This document shows, in pieces, positions 1 through 9,200 of a DNA stretch of 56,046 nucleotides; position 1 is the stretch's first letter; each line of letters opens with the position of its first letter. This DNA is from a virus (lineage: Duplodnaviria; Caudoviricetes), in the IMG/VR virus record IMGVR_UViG_3300032281_000106, positions 1 through 56,046 of that record; one strand, given 5' to 3'. The notes below the pieces were generated by a model. That model was not told the origin of the DNA, searched no databases, and was given only the letters and a program-made list of their open reading frames with translations. Both the position numbers and the translations under genes were made by a program.

Positions 1-23
1 AAACAATGGCTGCCAGGCTTCGC
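1..23. repeat. Terminal overlap of circular assembly (copy 1)
   Basis: aaacaatggctgccaggcttcgc matches 56024-56046 (aaataatggctgccaggcttcgc) at 22/23 nt. Confidence 0.9.
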
Positions 24-837
24 TGCTTGACAGGGGCTGTGTGAGGTCTGCAAATTTGCCTGCGCTAAACATCTCAGAATTTTTCGGCAGTTTGACCCTC
101 CAGAGCACGTTCCGAGAACGGTGAGGATATAAGGGGGCAAATATAGTTGCCAAGTAATTGCTGTCGTAGTAATCACGCAAGCGGCTGAACACTGAATCGA
201 GATCATCTTTGGCGATCATTTCCTTGTAGTCTTTGATTGAGGCAAAAGTGCCAAAGTGGTCGTCAACTTCAAGGCCTACCTTGTGCAGCATCAGCTGCAT
301 CACTTCGTAAGTCATCTCATTGACGTGGTTGTCTGCTGCACCAACTTGTGGGTCATAGACAGGGGTAGACAAGAAGGCAACACCGTCATCTGTCAAGCGT
401 TCACGAATACCTTCCAGCATCTTGTAGGCGTGCAACGGCTCAACGTGCTCAAGGACCTCAAAGCTTGTGATGACGTTAAACTTCTCATGAGGCAGCTTGC
501 AGTCTGGGAAGGCCACGTTGCCAATCAGAGTGGGCTTGAACTTTGTGTTCTCAAAGGCCTTAGGCATTTCCAGCTTGTTGTAGTCAATGCCGATATAGTC
601 AAGACCGTCAGAAGCCATGCGGCTTGTCATAAGCATCTTGGCCAATGGTACGTCTTTGCCGCAGCCAATGTCAAGCAGCTTGCAGTCCTTGCGGTGCTTA
701 GGGTTTCCCATCCACTTGGCCACGTGGGTCCAACGTAGACAGTGGGCAATGTAGTCACGGTGAATGAAACCGCGCTCTTCCGCCTGATCGATGCTCAGGT
801 GGGTATTGTCAATGGATTTTCCTCTGGCGTTTGCCAT
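1..837 (-). CDS. Class I SAM-dependent methyltransferase (~284 aa; last 5 codons and stop at 56023-56006 across the junction)
   Basis: Manual translation from ATG at 837: MANARGKSIDNTHL...KLLDIGCGKD (motif I)...YIGIDY...FNVITSFEVLEHVEP...LSTP; open to base 1; AGGAG RBS upstream. Confidence 0.88.
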   Translation of the reverse strand, partial: MANARGKSIDNTHLSIDQAEERGFIHRDYIAHCLRWTHVAKWMGNPKHRKDCKLLDIGCGKDVPLAKMLMTSRMASDGLDYIGIDYNKLEMPKAFENTKFKPTLIGNVAFPDCKLPHEKFNVITSFEVLEHVEPLHAYKMLEGIRERLTDDGVAFLSTPVYDPQVGAADNHVNEMTYEVMQLMLHKVGLEVDDHFGTFASIKDYKEMIAKDDLDSVFSRLRDYYDSNYLATIFAPLYPHRSRNVLWRVKLPKNSEMFSAGKFADLTQPLSSSEAWQPLF

Positions 838-860
838 AAATTCTCCTAGAGTGGGAAGGT

Positions 861-876
861 AGGGGCCGAAGCCCCT
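861..876 (-). other. Intergenic cUUCGg hairpin without U-tract
   Basis: Minus strand AGGGGC-TTCG-GCCCCT just after the DUF932 stop. Confidence 0.7.
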
Positions 877-881
877 GGGTT

Positions 882-1868
882 TTAGACTGCTTCAGCGAAC
901 TCGACAGCAAGGTCAAGTGCTTGGCGTTTACGAGTTGCTGCTGAACCAAACCACGCGCTTGTCAGACGCTTGTCTTGATCAGTTCCAGCGACGTGATCGT
1001 AGTAGTACGTCACGGCGTTGAAGGCGCCCCACCAAGTGCCGGCTGAGGTCTTCAGATCAGCGCCTGGTTGAGTGTGCACGATGTCGAGCAAACGGTTGAC
1101 CGTACGGCCAAGGTCTGCGCGATTGACTTGACCGTCTTCGGAAGCAATCAATGCTGCTTGATACTGGTCTGGGTTGACAAGCTTGGAGAAGAATTCCATG
1201 ACTTGTTGATCTTTGGCGCGTTTCTTAGACAAGAACTCGGCTTGCTGCTTGAACACGTCAAGCGACTTCATTGCAAGGCCAACTTTTTCCGCTGCAGTCT
1301 GCTTGATCTCATCGTCAAACGCGCGATCGTGCGACATGCGAAATGTGTTCTCCTTGTTTTTATTATCGCGAAGTGCGGCCGTCAGCGTGTTATTGCAGAC
1401 GACGCGGATTGGCGTGAACATGATCTGCAAGCTGCGGCCCCAGATGTGCGGATTGTCGAGCAAGATGTAGCCTTCGACTTCGTCTTTGCCGCCCAACATA
1501 AAGCCGCCGTTAATCTTTGCAAGGCCCCAAACACGCTTGCCGCCATGAAGAGAACCTGCAGTCTCCATCTTCATGTCGCCGGCTTTGCAGAACTTGTCAA
1601 AGAACTCAAAGACGTCTTGGTTTTGTGTAGGTGTGTAGTCGCTGCCGCAGACGCCAAGGATCTTGCTGTCTGTGTCGCGCACCAAAGCAAAGTGGCTGCT
1701 CAACACGTGGTCGAGTTCGTCGACGACCAAAGCTTTCTTCTTGACTTGCCAGTTGAGTCCAGCTGCTTCGAGCATCTGGGCAGGAGTCAAGTTGTCAGCG
1801 ACAGGGGTACCAAGGCCGTGCCAAGGGGTCTCATTGGCGTAAGCCATCGTTTCAACTTCATGTGACAT
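882..1868 (-). CDS. DUF932-family phage/plasmid protein
   Basis: MSHEVETMAY..PWHGLG, ETAGSL.GG..VW, TPIRVVCNNTL, GTWWGAFNAVT signatures. Confidence 0.85.
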   Translation of the reverse strand: MSHEVETMAYANETPWHGLGTPVADNLTPAQMLEAAGLNWQVKKKALVVDELDHVLSSHFALVRDTDSKILGVCGSDYTPTQNQDVFEFFDKFCKAGDMKMETAGSLHGGKRVWGLAKINGGFMLGGKDEVEGYILLDNPHIWGRSLQIMFTPIRVVCNNTLTAALRDNKNKENTFRMSHDRAFDDEIKQTAAEKVGLAMKSLDVFKQQAEFLSKKRAKDQQVMEFFSKLVNPDQYQAALIASEDGQVNRADLGRTVNRLLDIVHTQPGADLKTSAGTWWGAFNAVTYYYDHVAGTDQDKRLTSAWFGSAATRKRQALDLAVEFAEAV

Positions 1869-1924
1869 GATAAATACCTTTCTTCTTTCTGTTTATGCAA
1901 GCAGGATTGCTGTGCATGAGTTAG

Positions 1925-1953
1925 ATTCTAGTGCGTAAAACCACGCAGCGCGC
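1925..1953 (-). promoter_or_regulatory. Putative early promoter GCGCGC-N17-TAGAAT (copy 1)
   Basis: Same hexamers and spacing as 44528-44556 and 44601-44629; upstream of DUF932. Confidence 0.7.
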
Positions 1954-1995
1954 ACTTTTTTGCAAATAAATGCTATCACTTATACCAGTTAGGCT

Positions 1996-2159
1996 CAAAA
2001 TCCCTATAGAGTGATTCTAGAGCCATAACAGAGTGTATCAGTTTAATTAAAATCAATTCTACTACTCGTTCGCTCGATAGCATAAGTCTCCGCGAAGACA
2101 AAACAGAGAATACTAGTACACTCTGTTATGGTCTAGAAACTCATCTATAGCGTTTTTGG
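1996..2159. repeat. ~165 bp element with imperfect terminal inverted repeats (copy A)
   Basis: ctatagagtg..ctag..ccataacagagtgta ... tacactctgttatgg.ctag..tcatctatag; second copy at 40921-41086. Confidence 0.85.
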
Positions 2160-5100
2160 ATTTGAGCCAGACCGCCTCTGGCCTTACGGGTAAGAGCCTC
2201 TTGGTCTGTTACGCGGAACCAGTTGCCGACGCCGCCAGATCCTCCAGCCGGTCTTTCGTAGCCAGAGAATCCTCCAGCCTTAGCAATGCCTTCCATTACG
2301 AAGTCCTTGCCTTGCGCGGTATCGTAGATCTCTTCGCCGGTCATAGCCTTGCCTTCTGGCAGCTTGCCAAAGAATCTGCGCATCAGCTTGACATCTTCTG
2401 GGCTGTAGGTCTCTTCAAAGCGAAGCATCTTGGCTGCAGGTACGTCAAACTTGTTGATCATGGGAGGACCCATTTGACCAAACTGAGTCATCTTGTCTTG
2501 AGCCCGCTTAATCGCGTAGCCTTGGTCAGTCGTGACGTCTAGATTCTTTTCCCTGTCTAACCGGATGCGGCTAGGACCCCCATGGAGGACCCGTAGGACC
2601 TTTTCCGAAGCTTCCTTGAGTTTCCCTACTCGCCCACCTTCTTGGAAGCCCTGGGGAGCCGTAGGAGGTTCCTTAGGTTGTTCTTCTTCAGCTGGGGCAG
2701 GTGCAGGCGCCGCAACAGGGGCAGCTGGAAACATCTGTTGAGGAACTTGCGTAGCACCCAGGCCAATGGCTGGAGTTGCAGCAAACAGCTTCTGACCTTC
2801 TGTCGTGATCTTTTCCTTCATCTGAGGAGTGACGTCAACCGAGAAGGCGCGCAGTGTGTTGGCTTTACCTGCTTTTTCCATAAGGTTTCGTTCGGCCAAA
2901 GTTCTCAGCGCCAGATCATGGGCGGTATCGATGTGGTTGTCCATCTCGTCCCAAAGCTCGTTATCATAATCGTCCATCCGCATTCCTTCTTGGCGAATGC
3001 CTCTACGCTCCAGCGCTTCAGTTGCCCTACGATGAGCGATGTCTTGAGACATCTCCATAAGTTCCATGGGGTCAGCCTCGTTAATGCTCTGTATCTCATT
3101 CTCAAGATCACGAGTAGTCCAGCTTTTTGGAACAACCTTGCCCTTGACTTCCAAGTAGCCAGTCGGCGCCTTAAATTCCTTGCCTGCGTAGTTTTTAACG
3201 TAAGACGGCAAGCGTTGGTCGTAAAAAGACTTCATGCCTTCGCCGCCAACAGTCAAGTTTTCTCCTTCAATTTTTCCTATTGGAGCAGATGCAGTAGGAG
3301 ATCTTTCGGCAATAATGTCCTTAAGGAATCTCTGAGCGGCTTCTTGCTCGTTTTCATCCAGTGACTCAAAAATGGTATTTCGCTCTCTTGTTCCAGCGTA
3401 TTGCAGCATGTCGTTAAGATCAGCTAAATTTGCATTTGGACCAGCGCGGCTCATGATACCTGAAACAAGGCTTGGTCGAAGACCGTATTCAATGGCAATC
3501 TCTTCCGAATTTGGGCCAAGAGTGTTCTGTGCTAGCCAAGTGTTGTACCTTTGTTCAAGTTCAGCTTGAATTCCCTGACCTGCTGGAGTATCATCAACAC
3601 CTTGCTCCCAATCATGGACAAATCGCTCAAGCCAATTGCGTTGCTCGAGATCCAAAGCCTCATAGTTGGAGTACAGCAATTCGTCGGCACTCATCTCTGG
3701 CATCGGCTGGCGTCCAAAAGGCGTTATCTTTTTAGTTTCAGGACCTACTTGGGAAGCTAAGGCCTGAGCTTGAGCCTCAATGTCTCTGGCTATCTGGCCT
3801 CCAAACACCTCCGATAGTGTTTTTCCATCAGCTGCTCCACTAACAAACGTGTCTTCAAGAGCTTTTCCATCAAAAACAACTCTGTCGCCCTTTTTACCTT
3901 GAACAAGCAAATACCCGTCAGCAGTTGGAGAAAACTCGATTGAGTCAACTGCCTGACGTAAACCTTGTGAATAGCGATTGATCTGCTCAATACCAGGAGA
4001 GAACGCAACCTTGTCGTAGCCTTCCTTAGCTGCCAAGTCTAAGATGTCCTTGACTGCAAGCTCGTGCCAGTTCTTCTTGAATGGGGCATCAGGAACCTTG
4101 CGTTCAATCTTGCCTGCTTCTTGAGTCAGTTGATTTTTAATATCGTTTTCTGGCGATGTCATGTGCGTTCTTGGCTGAGCACCTTTGCGAGGCTCCCCAG
4201 TTTTTGGATCTACTTCAATGACTGTAACAGACCAGTTGTCTCTGACTTCATCAAGGGCTCTTTTTTTGGCCCAGTTTGAAGCAACCTCCTCGCTAACGCC
4301 AGCGTTCATTGCCTGCTCAAGTTTGCGTTCGTAAGCAATCTTAAAGGCAGGAGAGCTTTCACCGGAGTTAAAAGAGAGCACTTTGTCTTGATCCCCCCGA
4401 CTGTTAACAATTTTTCCTGGCGTAAAGTACTCTTGAATCTCGTTATAGCTTAGACCTTCATCTCGAATGCGTTGAACTTTTTCGTTAAGTTGCCTAAGTT
4501 TTTGACTGTCTTCGGCTGTCCTATAGCCCGCCTCTTCAGGGACCTCTTGTTCGAGTTGAGCTTTACGCTCCTTCATTAAGCGATTAAAGACGGATGTTAT
4601 TTTTGTTTTATTTTCATTAGTGAAATCGGTGGCCCCGACCTCATCAAGTGCTTTTTGACGAAGGGCGCTGCGTTCTGAGTTCAAGCGTTCTTTGATTTCA
4701 GACTTACGAGCATCACGGCCTTTTTGGTGCCAGTCAGATTGGATCTCGTCAACGTACAAGACTTTCTCGCCATTAGGGCCTTCCATGTCAGAGACGCGAT
4801 AGTGAGCCAAGACGTCAGGCTGGTCATAGTGGCTTGCTGTAAATTGCTGGCGAGTCATGCTGAGACGGTCAAGCAAAGAATCAATCTCCTTGTTGACAGC
4901 AGCAGCTTCTTCATCTGTAGCAGGAGTGCTTTTCATAAGCTCGTCAATGCGCTGACCCATTGCGCCGGCACCAGGGACTCTGTCTTCTTGGTTTTGAAGC
5001 AAGATCTCGCGATAGTTATTCTGGCCCTTGCTCTTGCTATACTGACTAAATTTTGTGCGAGTTTTTTCAAGAGCCAAATCAAATTGTTCTTCTGCTTCTA

Positions 5101-6292
5101 CGGCAGCCCGTCTTATGTTTTGAAGAAGATACGCGTCTTCAGGATCAAGCTTTCCTGTTTCTGGGTGAACTGGAATTCCAAGCTGCTGTGGGTCCATATT
5201 GCGTACGTCACTTGCGCTAAGAATTTCGCCTGTTTCAGGATGATAAAAACCTAATGCCTTGCCATCATTTGGGCTAACAACCGGCTGAATGTTTAATTCT
5301 TCAAGAGCGTTCTGAAATCTTTTTTCAAGACGAGGTTGCCATTCAGGATCTACACCTTGTCCAAGCTTGATTCGCTTAGGAATTGGCGGCTTGTTAGCCT
5401 TAATCGTCTTTTGCAGTTCTTCTTGAGTGATCTTAGGAGACGCCATCAACTTTTGCTTGATACCACGAGATTCAAGTTCCTCTGGCTTAATGCCAGGAGT
5501 GGTCTCAAGCTGCTTAAGGATCTGCTCGCCAGTTCCCTTCTTTTGCTTCAGCGTGTTGATCGCCTTGTCAACAGCAGAGAAGAACGTGGCAACCTTGCCG
5601 ACCTTGCCGCCGTCTTCGTACTTTTGGATCAGGCCGCCCAAAGCTTTTTTGACGGGGTCTTCAGACAAGGCTTCGCCCACTGTTCCCATGGTTCCGCCAA
5701 ACGTGGTTCCAATGCCATAGTTGAGGGCTCTTGGATCAACGGTAGGAGACAGGTACTCGATAGGAGCTGCTGCAACCTTACCAGCCATACCCATCTTCTT
5801 GGCTCCACCAATGATCTTGTTCATCAAGGCGCCTGGAACCGGCAACTGACCAAGCATCTCGCCGCCAGCATAGGAAAAGTGTTCAAGAGCCCCTTTAGGC
5901 TCATTGATACCCATGTCCTTGCGAACAGCTTCCTTGATTTTGCCCGCTTTTTTGTCTGCCGCAACAGCAAAGTCTGGGGCGTACTTTTCATCTATAACGC
6001 CTGCAATTGCAGGGATTGCGACGGTGTTGTAGTAGATGCCAGGAGTTCCTTTGCCAATGCCGACCTTGCCTTCATCGTCAAGGCCAGACCACTGGCTTTT
6101 GAAACCAGCAACCGCTTGGCTAATAGCACTTTGGGCCGTGTCAGGGCCCTCACGCTTAGCTCGTTTGCCAGACTTAGGGTAGATACCGAAGGCCGCTTTG
6201 TCAGAGCCCTCTAGCGTCTTGGCCAGTTCACGAATGTCCTTGGCCTTGTTCCCTTTTTCGTACTTCTTTTCGAGTTTGTCAAGATCACTCAT
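2141..6292 (-). CDS. Large polyvalent/ejected virion protein (~1383 aa) with possible C-terminal ART-like domain
   Basis: Likely start MSDLDK at 6292 overlapping the upstream stop; NYREILL, SHYD..VLAHYR..VDEIQSDWHQ, PDAPFKK.W, GMKSFYD blocks typical of large phage polyvalent proteins; last gene of the virion module. Confidence 0.65.
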   Translation of the reverse strand: MSDLDKLEKKYEKGNKAKDIRELAKTLEGSDKAAFGIYPKSGKRAKREGPDTAQSAISQAVAGFKSQWSGLDDEGKVGIGKGTPGIYYNTVAIPAIAGVIDEKYAPDFAVAADKKAGKIKEAVRKDMGINEPKGALEHFSYAGGEMLGQLPVPGALMNKIIGGAKKMGMAGKVAAAPIEYLSPTVDPRALNYGIGTTFGGTMGTVGEALSEDPVKKALGGLIQKYEDGGKVGKVATFFSAVDKAINTLKQKKGTGEQILKQLETTPGIKPEELESRGIKQKLMASPKITQEELQKTIKANKPPIPKRIKLGQGVDPEWQPRLEKRFQNALEELNIQPVVSPNDGKALGFYHPETGEILSASDVRNMDPQQLGIPVHPETGKLDPEDAYLLQNIRRAAVEAEEQFDLALEKTRTKFSQYSKSKGQNNYREILLQNQEDRVPGAGAMGQRIDELMKSTPATDEEAAAVNKEIDSLLDRLSMTRQQFTASHYDQPDVLAHYRVSDMEGPNGEKVLYVDEIQSDWHQKGRDARKSEIKERLNSERSALRQKALDEVGATDFTNENKTKITSVFNRLMKERKAQLEQEVPEEAGYRTAEDSQKLRQLNEKVQRIRDEGLSYNEIQEYFTPGKIVNSRGDQDKVLSFNSGESSPAFKIAYERKLEQAMNAGVSEEVASNWAKKRALDEVRDNWSVTVIEVDPKTGEPRKGAQPRTHMTSPENDIKNQLTQEAGKIERKVPDAPFKKNWHELAVKDILDLAAKEGYDKVAFSPGIEQINRYSQGLRQAVDSIEFSPTADGYLLVQGKKGDRVVFDGKALEDTFVSGAADGKTLSEVFGGQIARDIEAQAQALASQVGPETKKITPFGRQPMPEMSADELLYSNYEALDLEQRNWLERFVHDWEQGVDDTPAGQGIQAELEQRYNTWLAQNTLGPNSEEIAIEYGLRPSLVSGIMSRAGPNANLADLNDMLQYAGTRERNTIFESLDENEQEAAQRFLKDIIAERSPTASAPIGKIEGENLTVGGEGMKSFYDQRLPSYVKNYAGKEFKAPTGYLEVKGKVVPKSWTTRDLENEIQSINEADPMELMEMSQDIAHRRATEALERRGIRQEGMRMDDYDNELWDEMDNHIDTAHDLALRTLAERNLMEKAGKANTLRAFSVDVTPQMKEKITTEGQKLFAATPAIGLGATQVPQQMFPAAPVAAPAPAPAEEEQPKEPPTAPQGFQEGGRVGKLKEASEKVLRVLHGGPSRIRLDREKNLDVTTDQGYAIKRAQDKMTQFGQMGPPMINKFDVPAAKMLRFEETYSPEDVKLMRRFFGKLPEGKAMTGEEIYDTAQGKDFVMEGIAKAGGFSGYERPAGGSGGVGNWFRVTDQEALTRKARGGLAQIQKRYR

Positions 6293-9200
6293 TGTCGAGG
6301 CTCCGCATGATGCGTTGGATTTTTGCTTCGTCATCCTCATCTTCAGGAGGAGCTTCTGGCTCTTCGGCTACCATGCGGGTTGTTGGAGCAGCAGCGCCAA
6401 CCGTTCCGGAAACTGTTTTGAGTCGACGGGCGGATGTGTTCTTGTCTTCGAGGAACTTGGCGCTGCTGGATTCTAGGCGCTTCAGGGTGTCATCAACCTC
6501 CTGAGTTGTACCTGACTTGAGCATCTTGGCCACTTCGCCTGCGGTCTTCTCGTCAAGCGTTGTACGAGCCTGCAAGTATTTCAAGACGCGTCCAACGACA
6601 GAGCCTGGGGAACCTGACGCAATGTCCACAGCTTCTCCTGCAATGTCGAAGATACCGTTGCCGGCCTTCAAGTCTTTTAAGGCTTCTGTCTTGTTGGCTG
6701 TCCGGCTGCCACGGACAATGTCTTGGGCATTACGGAACAACTCCGACTCGCGCTGGAGAGCTGCCTCAAACACCTTGTACTCGTTTGGATCTTGGAACAA
6801 GGCTTCTAGACGTTTACGTGTTGCAGGGGCTCCTATGATCCTCTGGGCCGCGTTAATTTGCTGCGGAGAGTCCATAACCTTGGTCAGGAGTGACTGGGCC
6901 ACGCCAGCGCGCAAGGCGTCGCGTTCGGCTTCAGACATGCCGTTAACCAGTTTCTTGGCTTCGTTTGGCAGCATCTTAGGCGACAGGTAATCTGTACGGC
7001 CCAGACGGAGCGCGTCTAGAACTTCCATGTCGCCGGCATATTTGGCTCTGGCTGCAGCGTACTCAGGCACGTTCTCGTCGATCACACCAATGTAAGCCTT
7101 GCGAAGATCCTTGAGGGCATTAGCTTCTGCCTTGCCCATGCCTTCGCCCTTATAGCCTTTGTCAATCAGCGCATCGATGCCGCGCTTGATGTAGTCAAGT
7201 GTTCTGACGTCAGGGATCTTGCCAACGCTAATCATGTTGCCGTCTTTGTCCAAGTCGTAAATGTCATTCAGCTTGAAGCGGCTTGGATCTTCTCCGCGGA
7301 GTTCTGCTGCGCGTGCTTCTTTGCTGGAGATGGCCTGGGCCTCCTTGAAAGCTTTCTTGAAGGTATCATCCTCCAAGACCTTCAGGATACGGGTATCATC
7401 AACTGATCCGTGGGCATAGGCAGTATCGTAGAGGTTGTTGGCGTTAGAACGCAAGGTTCCTACCAGCTTGTCTTCTTGTGCGGTGTAGTCAACGCCCTTG
7501 CCAATGTCTTTGAGGGCGCGTGATGCAGCGGCTTCGCGTCCGCCTTCCAAGCGCTCATTCAAGCCCTGGCCAAGAATCTTGCGACCTGATCCTGGGCGAG
7601 TCACTACAGCTTCGCCAAGGGTTGACAAGGATGGAGTTGCATCCATGATTGTGGACTGAACGCCAAGCTTCTGGTCTGCCAGCATCTTGGCTTTAAGAGC
7701 CGTAGGGTCCATTTCGTCCCTGCCCATAGCTTCCAATACCTTATTGGTTGCGCGTTGCTCTACGGCCCCTGGGGATGGTTTGAACGCGTTCTTGACAGCC
7801 TTCGCACCTTGACCTGCGACCTGGATAGTCTTTGCAACTGCTGGACCAAGGACAGCTCCTGTTGTGCCTCCGCTCATGGCACCAGAACCACGTTCGCCTT
7901 CAACAGCAGAACCTGCACCTGCAATCGCTCCGGTTGTTGCGCCTGCACCAGCTGCCCTGCCCATCGAGCCAGTCATAAATTTTGGCATGTATTGAGACAG
8001 CTTGCTTGCAGCCATTCCCATGCGGCCAGCTCCCATGACGGCGCCAGGTGTTCCGGCTCCGGGGATCATGGCCATGCCGATGGTTGGGATTGCACCAGAA
8101 ACTAGTTCGGTGCCAAGTGCAACAAACGGATTCTTTTCCTGGAAGCGCTGGTAAGCTTCGCGTTCTTCTTTGACCACTTCTTCGTAAGGACGACCTTCCA
8201 TCTTGGCGCGAACACGAGCAATCGCCTCGTCACCAAAGCCAAGGCCTAAGCCCTGACCAACAGCGCGGCCAATGTTTGCCATCGACATCTCACCGCCATT
8301 GGCCATGTGGACTATTCCGCCCTTGGCCTTCTTAACGAGTTCGCGATCAAAAAACTTATGCTCGCCTTGATTTCCCTTGCGGCCATATTGACCGTAAGTT
8401 GCAATGCCCTCAGGACCGCCCAAGTACTTACGCATCATTTCAAGCATCTCTGGGGAATAAGGCTGCTTGCTTGTGTTGACAGGTGGTATAACAGTGGGGG
8501 TAGTGGTTGTTGTTTTATTACCGGTGGTGGTAGTGGTTGTTTTATTACCAGTGGTCGTAGTCACAGGAGTCGGCTGGGACTGAGTGCCTCCAGCTGCTGT
8601 GTAGCGCTTGCTAACGTCTTGCCAAGGAAGACCTGTTGTTGCAGACATTTGAAGCGTGCCAACACCAAACTGGTTCATGGCTGCTGCAATTTCCTTGTCC
8701 GTAGCTCCAGGATTATTCTTCAGCCAGTTGTTTACGTCAGCATTGGTGTATTTAGGAGCAGCTGCGTCGTAACGCTTTTGAACGTCTCCTAAGTTAAGAC
8801 CAGTCACCCTTGCCATCTGAAGGGGAGACACGTTGTACTGGTTCATTGCAAAAGCAATGTCTTGGTCAGACGTGCCTGTATTCTTGCCCAACCAGTCTTT
8901 GACTAGGTTGTCGCCAATGGGTTGACTTGCAGCAGCGTAACGCTTTTCTACTTGATCTAATCCAAGGCCAGTTGCACTTGCCATTTGAGAAGGATCAACG
9001 TCATACTTGTCCATGGCCGCTGCAATCTGGTAATCCGTCAAGCCAGGATTTGAATTCAGATAATCAATGACTTCCTGATTGCTAACTCCTGCAGGAGCAG
9101 AAGGTGCGGGGGCTGTTGCAGCGTCATAGCGACTTTGAACGCTTCCAAGATCAAGACCAGTTGCCCTGGCCATCTGAGAAGTGTCAACACCAAACTGGTT

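Noticed and set aside
1-23. Biological direct terminal repeat
   Set aside because: Very short and falls mid-gene; more likely an assembly overlap of a circular or permuted genome
256-738. 160-aa plus-strand ORF
   Set aside because: Antisense shadow of the methyltransferase, which has clear motifs and an RBS
1996-2159. IS element, att site or protelomerase telomere
   Set aside because: No transposase, integrase or protelomerase is recognisable, and the arms are separated by a long core rather than forming a perfect palindrome; kept as an unexplained repeat
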